Of a stretch of 36,568 nucleotides of DNA, positions 10,358-18,987 are shown in pieces. Position 1 is the first letter of the stretch; each line of letters opens with the position of its first letter. The stretch covers positions 1 through 36,568 of the forward strand of contig JAFYLV010000157.1 of assembly GCA_017556885.1 (NCBI GenBank), read 5' to 3'. Below the pieces are notes generated by a model. That model was not told where the DNA came from. It searched no databases and saw only the letters and a list, made by a program, of their open reading frames with translations. The stretch comes from Clostridia bacterium. Its GTDB lineage: Bacteria > Bacillota > Clostridia > Oscillospirales > QAMX01. A program made the translations under genes and the position numbers.

Positions 10358-11741
10358 GACCACTTCCCTGCGGGATACCCTGCTGTACCAGAAGAAAAAC
10401 GGCTATGACGCTCTCTCCCCCGCCGAGATCGTCACCATGAACGACTACTGTGAGGACTACAAGGCATATCTCGATGCCGGCAAGACCGAGCGCGAGGCCT
10501 GCCGTGAGGCTGTCCGCCTTGCTGAAGCGGCCGGCTTCGTGGCCTATACCGGTCAGGAGCTCAAGCCCGGTGACCGCGTTTATGCCGTCAACAACGACCG
10601 CTACTGCATCCTGATGATCGCCGGTGCCGCCCCCCTTTCCGAGGGCTTCCGCCTCTCCGTCGCCCACATCGACAGCCCCCGTCTCGACCTTAAGAGTGTC
10701 CCCGTTTACGAGGATTCCGACCTTTGCATGCTTAAGACCCACTACTACGGCGGTATCCGCAAGTACCAGTGGGTGGCAACTCCTCTTGCCATGCACGGCA
10801 CCGTCACCCTGCGCGACGGCTCCAGCGTGGAGATCTGCATCGGTGAGGAGGAGGGCGATCCCGTCTTCACCATCACCGATCTTCTGCCCCATCTCGCCCA
10901 GGAGCAGGGCCGCAAACCCCTCTCCGATGCCTATACCGGCGAAAATCTCAACGTGCTCGCAGGTTCTCTGCCCTATGCCGACGAGGACAGCGACCGCATC
11001 CGCATGACCTTCCTCTCCCTGCTGCACTCCACCTACGGCATCACCGAGCGGGATCTCATCACCGCCGAGATCTCCCTTGTGCCCGCCGGCCGCGCCCGCG
11101 ACGTGGGCCTTGACCGCAGCCTCATCGGTGCCTACGGCCAGGATGACCGCGTCTGCGGCTATGCTGCCCTGCGCGCCCTGCTTGAGCAGAGCGGAACCCC
11201 CGAAAACAACCTTATCTGCATCCTCGCCGACAAGGAAGAGATCGGCAGCGAGGGCATTTCCGGCATGCAGAGCCAGTTCTTTGATGCCTTTGTGCGCCGC
11301 GTCTGCCACGCAGCCGGTGTTTGCGCCGACGGCTGCATCGCAAAGTCCCTCTGTCTTTCCGCCGACGTGGCCGCCGCCTACGACCCCAACTTCCCCGAGG
11401 CCTTTGAGAAGCGCAATTCCGCCCTTGCCAACTGCGGTGTCGCCCTGGTGAAGTTCACCGGTGCCCGCGGCAAGTCCGGCTCCAGCGATGCCTCCTCCGA
11501 GCTCTTCGCCCGCATTGCCGCCATCATGGACGAGGCCGGTGTCATCTGGCAGTCCGGCGAGCTGGGCCGCGTGGATCTCGGCGGCGGCGGAACGGTGGCA
11601 AAGTTCGTTGCCAACCGCAACATCCCCACCATCGACGTTGGTACCCCCGTGCTCTCCATGCACGCTCCCTTCGAGGTCACCGGCAAGCTCGACTGCTACA
11701 TGACCTTCAAGGCCTTCGATGCCTTCAACCGCGCCAAATAA
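10350..11741 (+). CDS. M18-family aminopeptidase (aminopeptidase 1 / aspartyl aminopeptidase-like)
   Basis: The 463-aa product contains VAHIDSPRLDLK, DKEEIGSEG and GGGGT, characteristic of peptidase M18. The start at ATG 10350 overlaps the coaE 3' end by 8 nt. Confidence 0.85.
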   Translation: MSETTSLRDTLLYQKKNGYDALSPAEIVTMNDYCEDYKAYLDAGKTEREACREAVRLAEAAGFVAYTGQELKPGDRVYAVNNDRYCILMIAGAAPLSEGFRLSVAHIDSPRLDLKSVPVYEDSDLCMLKTHYYGGIRKYQWVATPLAMHGTVTLRDGSSVEICIGEEEGDPVFTITDLLPHLAQEQGRKPLSDAYTGENLNVLAGSLPYADEDSDRIRMTFLSLLHSTYGITERDLITAEISLVPAGRARDVGLDRSLIGAYGQDDRVCGYAALRALLEQSGTPENNLICILADKEEIGSEGISGMQSQFFDAFVRRVCHAAGVCADGCIAKSLCLSADVAAAYDPNFPEAFEKRNSALANCGVALVKFTGARGKSGSSDASSELFARIAAIMDEAGVIWQSGELGRVDLGGGGTVAKFVANRNIPTIDVGTPVLSMHAPFEVTGKLDCYMTFKAFDAFNRAK

Positions 11742-12497
11742 ATGCAGAAGCTTCTCTCCCGCGTCCGCCGCTGTGCGGAGGACTACCGGATGATCGAGGC
11801 CGGCGACCGCATTGCCGTGGGGGTCTCCGGAGGCAAGGACAGCCTGTGCACCCTGCTTGCACTGCACGAAATGTCCAAGTTTTTCCCCGCTCCCTACACG
11901 GTGACTGCCATCACCGTCACCGGCTTCCCGGGGATGGATTTTTCCCCTGTGGCCAAGCTTTGCGAGGAGCGGGACATCCCCTACATCACCACCGATGCCG
12001 CCATCTACGACATCGTCTTTACCGAGCGGCAGGAGAAAAACCCCTGCAGCCTTTGCGCAAAGCTGCGGCGCGGGGCGCTCAACACCGCCGCGAAGGAGGC
12101 CGGCTGCAACAAGGTCGCCCTCGGCCACCATCTGGACGATGCCGTGGAGACCTATCTGCTTTCCCTCCTCCGCGAGGGCCGCATCTCCTGCTTCTCGCCC
12201 GTCACCTACCTTGACCGGACGGATATCACCGTCATCCGTCCCATGCTTTATCTCTATGAGAAGGACGTACGCGCCGCCGCCCGGCGAAACGACCTGCCCG
12301 TGGTGCACAACACCTGTCCGCGGGACGGAGAGAGCGACCGCGAAGAGGTCAAGGAGCTTTTGCGCACCCTATCCGGCACGGAAAAAGCCGTAAAGGAGCG
12401 TATTTTCGGCGCAATGCAGCGCTATCCGCTGCCCGGTTGGGCACCGGAACATCCGCCGCGTTCGCGGAAGGGCTCCATCCTTCCGCTGGAAGAATAA
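11742..12497 (+). CDS. ttcA: PP-loop ATPase, tRNA 2-thiocytidine biosynthesis TtcA family
   Basis: PP-loop GVSGGKDSL, CSLCAKLRRG and a later Cys (HNTCPRDGE), about 250 aa. The ATG immediately follows the TAA of the aminopeptidase gene. Confidence 0.8.
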   Translation: MQKLLSRVRRCAEDYRMIEAGDRIAVGVSGGKDSLCTLLALHEMSKFFPAPYTVTAITVTGFPGMDFSPVAKLCEERDIPYITTDAAIYDIVFTERQEKNPCSLCAKLRRGALNTAAKEAGCNKVALGHHLDDAVETYLLSLLREGRISCFSPVTYLDRTDITVIRPMLYLYEKDVRAAARRNDLPVVHNTCPRDGESDREEVKELLRTLSGTEKAVKERIFGAMQRYPLPGWAPEHPPRSRKGSILPLEE

Positions 12498-12529
12498 CAA
12501 AACATACTTTTTTTGAGGAGGATCCCATC

Positions 12530-13603
12530 ATGTGCAAGAAAGTCCGTGTCGCCATTATCGGCTGCGGCACCATCTCAAACTCCCATATCCGCGGCTACAA
12601 GGCCATCGAGGATAAGGTCGAGATCGCTTACCTCATCGACATCATCCCCGAGCGCACCGCACAGAAGGCAGAGAAATTCGAGCTGCCGAACGTCACCCAT
12701 CTCACCGACTACCGCGAGATGCTCAAGGATCAGACTGTGGACTGCGTCTCCGTCTGCCTTCCCAACCACCTGCACGCCTCCGTCTCCATCGACTGCCTCC
12801 GCGCCGGCAAGCACGTTCTCTGTGAGAAGCCCGCTGCCATGAACTATGCCGAGGCTATGGAGATGAAGAAGGCCGCCGACGAGACCGGCAAGATCCTCAA
12901 CATCGGCGTCGTCAACCGTTTCAACGCCGGCGTTGAAAACCTGCGCGAGCTGGTTCAGTCCGGTGAGCTTGGTGAGATCTATCAGATCTACTGCTCCTTC
13001 CGCAATTACCGTTCCATCCCCGGCATGGGCGGCTGGTTCACCACCAAGGCCCTCTCCGGCGGTGGCGCCCTCATCGACTGGGGCGTTCATTTCCTCGATC
13101 TCATCAACTATATCATTGATGCCCCCGCCATCAAGACCGTTTCCGCTGTCTGCCACTCCAAGCTTGCCAACCCCATGGAGAGCTACGTCTACCGCAACAT
13201 GCACGCCGGTCCTCCCGATTATTCCGGCACCTATGACGTCGAGGAGTTTGTCACCGGTCTGGTCCGCACCGAAGGTCCCACCCTTACCCTGAACGGCGCC
13301 TGGGCGCAGAACATCGACGAGGCTGCCATGTTCGTTGAGTTCATGGGCACCAAGGGCGGCGCAAAGCTGAAGTATTGCGACCATTATACCGTCTACACCA
13401 CCCGCGACGGCGAGTTGGTCTCCGAGACTCCTGATTTTGAGATCCCCGACATGTTCCACAAGGAGATCGCCTGCTTTGTCGACAGCGCTATGAAGGGCGA
13501 GCATATCCGCTCCAACATCGACGAGATCCTCACCACCGTTCAGCTCATGGATGCCATCTACGCCTCCGCCGAGTCCGGCCGTGAGGTCGTCGTTACCGAG
13601 TAA
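12530..13603 (+). CDS. Gfo/Idh/MocA family NAD(P)-dependent oxidoreductase
   Basis: N-terminal Rossmann motif VAIIGCGTISNSH and the EKP motif (HVLCEKPAA). GAGGAGG RBS lies 8 nt upstream of the ATG at 12530. The substrate is unknown. Confidence 0.85.
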   Translation: MCKKVRVAIIGCGTISNSHIRGYKAIEDKVEIAYLIDIIPERTAQKAEKFELPNVTHLTDYREMLKDQTVDCVSVCLPNHLHASVSIDCLRAGKHVLCEKPAAMNYAEAMEMKKAADETGKILNIGVVNRFNAGVENLRELVQSGELGEIYQIYCSFRNYRSIPGMGGWFTTKALSGGGALIDWGVHFLDLINYIIDAPAIKTVSAVCHSKLANPMESYVYRNMHAGPPDYSGTYDVEEFVTGLVRTEGPTLTLNGAWAQNIDEAAMFVEFMGTKGGAKLKYCDHYTVYTTRDGELVSETPDFEIPDMFHKEIACFVDSAMKGEHIRSNIDEILTTVQLMDAIYASAESGREVVVTE

Positions 13604-13611
13604 GCGCAGCC

Positions 13612-14154
13612 ATGAAGCTTCTTTTTGCATCCGATATCCACGGCGACGCCAAGGCTTGCGCGGCAGTGCTTGCCCGGGCGGAGGTCGAAGGCGCCGAGCG
13701 CATCATTCTGCTCGGTGATCTGCTCTACCACGGTCCCCGCAATCCGCTCCCGCCCGGCTTTGGCCCCAAGGAGACCGCGGCTCTTCTCAACGAGAATGCC
13801 GAAAAGCTTCTCTGCGTGCGGGGCAACTGCGACGCCGAGGTGGATCAGATAGTGCTTTCCTTCCCCGTGCTTGCCACCTATGCATGGCTATCCGTAGACG
13901 GACACACCGTCTATGCCACCCACGGTCACCACAACGGTCACGACGATCCCCCGCCGCTGTGCCGCGGCGAGATCCTGCTGCACGGTCACACCCACCTGCC
14001 CGCACTGGAGCGGCGGGAGGGCTACGTGTACTTAAATCCCGGCTCCGTTTCCCTGCCCAAGGGCGGAAATCCCCCCACGGATATGGTGTGGGAGGATGGT
14101 ACCGTCTCCCTTTGCGGCATGGACGGCACCCGGATCGAGACCCTCGTTCTGTAA
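13612..14154 (+). CDS. yfcE: YfcE/MJ0936-type metallophosphoesterase (phosphodiesterase)
   Basis: The 180-aa product carries the motifs SDIHGD, LLGDLLYHGPRN, VRGNCD, THGHH and LHGHTHLP. Confidence 0.85.
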   Translation: MKLLFASDIHGDAKACAAVLARAEVEGAERIILLGDLLYHGPRNPLPPGFGPKETAALLNENAEKLLCVRGNCDAEVDQIVLSFPVLATYAWLSVDGHTVYATHGHHNGHDDPPPLCRGEILLHGHTHLPALERREGYVYLNPGSVSLPKGGNPPTDMVWEDGTVSLCGMDGTRIETLVL

Positions 14155-14170
14155 TTATTTTCCCATAACA

Positions 14171-14204
14171 AAAAAGAACGGCAGAAATTCTGCCGTTCTT
14201 TTTT
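14171..14204. terminator. Bidirectional intrinsic terminator between yfcE (+) and mgtC (-)
   Basis: The sequence is AAAAA-GAACGGCAGA-aat-TCTGCCGTTC-TTTTTT, a perfect 10-bp stem flanked by an A-tract and a T-tract. It sits between convergent genes. Confidence 0.8.
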
Positions 14205-14225
14205 GTCTTATCTTTCAAATCTTAT

Positions 14226-14924
14226 TTAGAGAGAAATAGCCTGAATGTCCTCATTTTCCTGCAGGATCGCCACGACCTTCTCCAAACCTGCGGGATCATG
14301 CATCCGCACGTTCATGGCAAGATTCAGATATGTATCCGCATCCGTGTTGATCTTGGTGGAAACGATGTCGATCCGGAGCTCGGCAAGCTGCCGGCGAAGC
14401 TGGGCGACCGCCTCCGGGCTGTTCTTGATGCGCACGAGCAGCTCCGCAGTGTTGTCATTTGCGAGCACCTTGTCATAGCCGATGAGGAAGGTGTGGAAGA
14501 CGATCTGCACCACGATGACGAGGATCGTGGCGAGTACGCCCGTCAGGTACATGCCGCAGCCAACGGCCATACCCACCGCAGAGGTGACCCAGATGCCCGC
14601 CGCCGTGGTGAGGCCTTTGATGGTGGAACCCTTGACGATCATACCTGCGCAGAGGAAGGAAATACCGGTAACGATATTGGATGCGATACGGCCGGCGTCG
14701 CTGGTGATGCCGTTGCCAACCACATCGGCAAATCCGTATTTGGAGATGACCATCATCAACGCTGCACCCAGCGCAACGATCACGTGGGTACGGAAACCGG
14801 CATCCTTCTGCCGCAGCGTACGTTCAATTCCAATGGCACCGCCGCACAGGCATGCAACCACCAGCCGCAGGATCAACGCACCCTGATTTTGGGTCGCCGC
14901 TAGAATCATTTCCCACAAATTCAT
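14226..14924 (-). CDS. mgtC: MgtC/SapB family membrane protein
   Basis: The N-terminal membrane domain contains CGGAIGIERTLRQKDAGFRTH (the MgtC signature G-x-E-R...AG-x-R-T), followed by a soluble ACT-like C-terminal domain. Confidence 0.85.
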   Translation of the reverse strand: MNLWEMILAATQNQGALILRLVVACLCGGAIGIERTLRQKDAGFRTHVIVALGAALMMVISKYGFADVVGNGITSDAGRIASNIVTGISFLCAGMIVKGSTIKGLTTAAGIWVTSAVGMAVGCGMYLTGVLATILVIVVQIVFHTFLIGYDKVLANDNTAELLVRIKNSPEAVAQLRRQLAELRIDIVSTKINTDADTYLNLAMNVRMHDPAGLEKVVAILQENEDIQAISL

Positions 14925-15014
14925 ATTATTTCGCCTTTCTTTGGGTAAATTTTGTATGTACTATCATAAAACTATGCGTCTAAAAAACGTTTTAGTCCCG
15001 TTCCCGGAACATTC

Positions 15015-15716
15015 TTAAATATTCAGCCGGTTCAAATTCTGCAGAGGCAGCCGGTCGGCATACAGATGGCCGTTGTCGGACAGGCAGATGCACTTGGGGG
15101 CGCAGATCTCCTCACCCTCATAATTGATGATGGTGACACCGGTATGGTTGATGCCGAAAGCACGCCAGAAAAACTGCGGCGGCTGCCAGAGCAGGTGGGA
15201 AAGCCATGCGCAGCCAAAACCCGCATGGCAGAAGCAGGCTACCCGTCCCGCATCCGGTCCGATGCGTCTGTAGACGCCGCCCTCCCGCTCCAGACCGAGT
15301 CTGCGGAAGAAATCGTCCGATTCCGCCACCATGGCATCGTACCCTTCCTTGACCGGGAGTCCGGCAAAAACCGGCGCTTCGTACCACCGGGCACGGGGCA
15401 AATCATTTTCTTCCCGGTACAGTTCCTCCCGCAGGGCATCCTTGATCCAGTAGCGCTTGCCGTCCGGCATATCGATCCCAAACCGCTTCATGGCAAGATC
15501 TTCATCCATAAACGGCTCTATTTGGGCGTCGATCCCCATCAGATCGCAGGTGGGCTGCGCCGTCATACGGGCGCGTCCGCGGGGAGAGGTGAATATCCGA
15601 TCCAATCCGTGAACGGAGAGCCGCTTCGCCACCGCCTCCGCCTGCAAGCGTCCCTTTTGGGTCAAAGAATCGGGATTATACACAGGATCTCCGTGTCGAA
15701 TAATATAAAGAAGCAT
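15015..15716 (-). CDS. Histidine phosphatase (phosphoglycerate mutase-like) family protein, paralog 1
   Basis: The 233-aa product has the N-terminal RHG motif (MLLYIIRHGDPVY) and a second conserved His in FCHAGFG. AAGAGGATGA RBS lies upstream. It is clearly paralogous to 16721..17425. Confidence 0.85.
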   Translation of the reverse strand: MLLYIIRHGDPVYNPDSLTQKGRLQAEAVAKRLSVHGLDRIFTSPRGRARMTAQPTCDLMGIDAQIEPFMDEDLAMKRFGIDMPDGKRYWIKDALREELYREENDLPRARWYEAPVFAGLPVKEGYDAMVAESDDFFRRLGLEREGGVYRRIGPDAGRVACFCHAGFGCAWLSHLLWQPPQFFWRAFGINHTGVTIINYEGEEICAPKCICLSDNGHLYADRLPLQNLNRLNI

Positions 15717-15748
15717 AACGGATCATCCTCTTTTCTTTATTTCTTTTT

Positions 15749-15777
15749 ATTTTACCATATTTTCTCCGTTTTCACAA
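15749..15777 (-). promoter_or_regulatory. Candidate promoter of histidine phosphatase paralog 1
   Basis: The minus strand reads TTGTGA-17 nt-TAAAAT (preceded by TGg), about 30 nt upstream of the RBS. Confidence 0.45.
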
Positions 15778-15780
15778 GTG

Positions 15781-15816
15781 AAAAGACCGCGGATCCTCTG
15801 CAGATCCGCGGTCTTT
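15781..15816 (-). terminator. Intrinsic terminator after the ThiT-like gene
   Basis: The sequence is AAAGACCGCGGATC-ctctgca-GATCCGCGGTCTTT, a perfect 14-bp stem. T-runs follow on both strands. It lies 14 nt after the TGA at 15830. Confidence 0.75.
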
Positions 15817-15829
15817 GTTTCTCAATCTT

Positions 15830-16465
15830 TCAGTTCTTGGCAAGTATCTGGTTTCGCAGCGGTGCAATTCCCATAACAACGGCCGCACCGATGGCCGTCA
15901 AAATGATCTCCGGCACCATATACAGGCCGTTATAGACCGCAGAATAGATGACCGCAAGCCCTGTGCCGGAAAAGCTCTGGAGGATAGATGCACCGAAGGA
16001 GTTGTTCATCACATCGGTAAAGAACCATTCGGCATAGCCGCTCCAGAGAATAACACCGGAGGCGAAATGGCACACGAACCGGAGCAGCGCCGCAAAGGCT
16101 GCGCCGACCGCCACGGCCGCGCCGTGCTTACCGATACGGCCGCGGAAGATGCCCGCAAGACCCAGCACCGCCAAGGCGACGAGATAATCCAGCAGCGCCA
16201 TCAGCACGGTGCTCAACGGGTCCAGTCCGGCAAAGGCCTGGCTTCCCACCGCGCCGAACACGCCCTGAAGCACGCCGTAGACGGCGCCGCAGCAAAGTCC
16301 CCACCGGGTGCCGTACATATAGGCGATGATGGCGACGGGCACCATGCTGAAGGCCGTGACGGCACCGCCGTAGAGAAACTGCGGGGAGATTTTGACAAAG
16401 GACAGGACAACTGCGAGGGCCACCAGCATTCCGCTGGTGACAAGACGTTTGGTGGATGCGTTCAT
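15830..16465 (-). CDS. thiT: ECF-transporter substrate-specific (S) component, ThiT-like thiamine or thiamine-precursor transporter
   Basis: The 211-aa protein has about 6 TM segments and is rich in G, A and aromatic residues, as S components typically are. It lies directly downstream of a TPP riboswitch. AAAAGGAGAG RBS is present. No ecfA/ecfT genes are adjacent, so it would use a shared module. Substrate specificity (thiamine versus HMP or thiazole) is inferred from the riboswitch only. Confidence 0.75.
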   Translation of the reverse strand: MNASTKRLVTSGMLVALAVVLSFVKISPQFLYGGAVTAFSMVPVAIIAYMYGTRWGLCCGAVYGVLQGVFGAVGSQAFAGLDPLSTVLMALLDYLVALAVLGLAGIFRGRIGKHGAAVAVGAAFAALLRFVCHFASGVILWSGYAEWFFTDVMNNSFGASILQSFSGTGLAVIYSAVYNGLYMVPEIILTAIGAAVVMGIAPLRNQILAKN

Positions 16466-16508
16466 TGGTTTTGACTCTCCTTTTTTGTTTTTCGGAATAA
16501 GTCATACC

Positions 16509-16544
16509 AAAAAAGCACCGCGGGGATATCCCTCGCGGTGCTTT
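16509..16544 (-). terminator. Riboswitch expression-platform terminator (transcription attenuation)
   Basis: The minus strand reads AAAGCACCGCG-a-GGG-atat-CCC-CGCGGTGC followed by TTTTTT. It lies between the TPP aptamer and the thiT RBS. Confidence 0.75.
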
Positions 16545-16565
16545 GATTCAAAAGGCATCGAATTT

Positions 16566-16664
16566 CGTGCTCCCTACGCTGGCATTATCCATATCAGGTT
16601 AAGGGTTCGGTCCCACGTTCCGGGACCATCTCAGCCGGCAGCTTTGCGCCAGCACCCCTGACTT
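16566..16664 (-). promoter_or_regulatory. TPP (THI-box) riboswitch aptamer
   Basis: The minus-strand RNA reads ...CAGGGGUGCUGGCGCAAAGCUGCCGGCUGAGAUGGUCCCGGAACGUGGGACCGAACCCUUAACCUGAUAUGGAUAAUGCCAGCGUAGGGAGCAC.... It contains the invariant THI-element blocks GGGGUGC, CUGAGA, ACCCUU-AACCUGAU-UGGAUAAUGCCAGCG and AGGGA. Confidence 0.9.
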
Positions 16665-16681
16665 ATTCACTTGACGGGCTG

Positions 16682-16710
16682 ATTATAGCAAACTCTACCT
16701 GCCTTGTCAA
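16682..16710 (-). promoter_or_regulatory. Consensus sigma-A promoter driving the TPP riboswitch and thiT
   Basis: The minus strand reads TTGACA-17 nt (aggcaggtagagtttgc)-TATAAT, with both hexamers matching consensus exactly. It lies about 20 nt upstream of the aptamer. Confidence 0.75.
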
Positions 16711-16720
16711 CCACTTTTTT

Positions 16721-17425
16721 TTACAGATCCACCCGATTGTTGTGCTGCAGGGGCAGCCGGTCGGCATAGAGGTGCGAATTGTCCGAAAGGGAAAGACACA
16801 TGGGCGCGCAAAGCTCATCCCCTTCGAAATTCAGCACGGTAACGGAGGAATGGTTGATATCAAAGCTGCGCCAGAAAAGCTGGGGCGGCTGATAAAGCAG
16901 GTGGGAAAGCCACGAGCAGCCAAAGCCCGCATGGCAGAAGCAGGCAACTCGGCCGGGATCGGGACCGATGCGGCGGTAAAGGCCGCCCTCACGGGCAAAC
17001 CCAAGACGGCGCATGAAATCGTCCGACTCCTCAACAAGAGCATCGTAGCCCGGCTTGACCAGCGGCCGGTCGGCAAAGACAGGCGCTTCAAACCAGCGGT
17101 CCCGGGGCAGCTCGTTTTCCGGCTTGAACATCTCCATCCGGCGGGCTCCCATGATCCAGGTGCGTCCGCCGCCCGGCGTCGGCACGTTGAAGCGATCCAT
17201 CGCCCGGCTCTCATCCATGAATATTTCAATTTCCGGCTGGATGCCCAAAAGGTCACAGGTGGGCTGTGCCGTCATACGCGCACGTCCCTTGGGCGAGACG
17301 AAAATGCGGTCCAATCCGTGAACGGAAAGACGCTTCGCCACCGCCTCCGCCTGCAGGCGTCCCTTCTGCGTCAGCGAATCGGGGGTGTAGACAGGGTCCC
17401 CGTGCCGGATGATAAACAGAATCAT
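16721..17425 (-). CDS. Histidine phosphatase (phosphoglycerate mutase-like) family protein, paralog 2
   Basis: The 234-aa product starts MILFIIRHGDPVYTPDSLTQKGRLQAEAVAKRLSVHGLDRIF.... It is collinear with paralog 1 and nearly identical over the first 60 aa or so. GGAAAAGGAAG RBS lies upstream. Confidence 0.85.
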   Translation of the reverse strand: MILFIIRHGDPVYTPDSLTQKGRLQAEAVAKRLSVHGLDRIFVSPKGRARMTAQPTCDLLGIQPEIEIFMDESRAMDRFNVPTPGGGRTWIMGARRMEMFKPENELPRDRWFEAPVFADRPLVKPGYDALVEESDDFMRRLGFAREGGLYRRIGPDPGRVACFCHAGFGCSWLSHLLYQPPQLFWRSFDINHSSVTVLNFEGDELCAPMCLSLSDNSHLYADRLPLQHNNRVDL

Positions 17426-17480
17426 TTTTCAGCTTCCTTTTCCTCGTTTCCCGCAGACACCAAGCCCCGGGTCAAGCCCT

Positions 17481-17509
17481 ATTTTACCACAGTTTTCGTC
17501 CGTACGCAA
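17481..17509 (-). promoter_or_regulatory. Candidate promoter of histidine phosphatase paralog 2
   Basis: The minus strand reads TTGCGT-17 nt-TAAAAT with TGg immediately upstream, the same extended -10 context as paralog 1. Confidence 0.45.
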
Positions 17510-17618
17510 GTGTGCATATTTCGCAAATTATATGCATATTATACATCCTCGTATACAGCCATCGGGCTGCGGGAATTGTTTTTGTTCAATTCGCCTAAAG
17601 AACTATATATGTATCCCC

Positions 17619-17648
17619 TTGACAAACCTCCGGGGCATGGCGTATAAT
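17619..17648 (+). promoter_or_regulatory. Candidate sigma-A promoter of the arginine operon
   Basis: TTGACA-18 nt-TATAAT, with both hexamers matching consensus, lies about 55 nt upstream of the argG ATG. Confidence 0.6.
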
Positions 17649-17660
17649 TTAGGCACACTT

Positions 17661-17674
17661 TGAATATTTATTCA
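17661..17674. promoter_or_regulatory. ARG box (ArgR/AhrC operator) overlapping the predicted transcription start
   Basis: TGAATA-TT-TATTCA is a perfect palindrome matching the core of the ARG-box consensus TNTGAATWWWWATTCANW. It begins 12 nt downstream of the -10 hexamer, in front of an arginine biosynthesis operon. Confidence 0.6.
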
Positions 17675-17701
17675 GCCGCTTTTGCGGCAAAGGAGTAAGA
17701 T

Positions 17702-18928
<1,227 letters not shown>

Positions 18929-18987
18929 TTTCCAAACATCACGCGGCTGCCTCCGCCTTTTGGGGACAGCCGCGTCGGAGTACACAT

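Noticed and set aside
7546-12308. Long minus-strand ORFs 7546..8871, 8652..9728, 9557..10363 and 10170..12308 (up to 712 aa).
   Set aside because: All lie antisense to strongly supported plus-strand genes (prfA, tsaC, coaE, M18 peptidase, ttcA). Their products are repetitive and Gly/Ala/Asp-rich, typical of stop-codon-poor antisense frames in GC-rich coding DNA.
12575-17647. ORFs 12575..13630 (-), 14298..14903 (+), 15066..15935 (+), 15815..16474 (+) and 16742..17647 (+).
   Set aside because: Each is opposite a gene with strong family motifs (Gfo/Idh/MocA, MgtC, the histidine phosphatases, ThiT), so they are shadow ORFs. Two of them would also run straight through terminators or the riboswitch.
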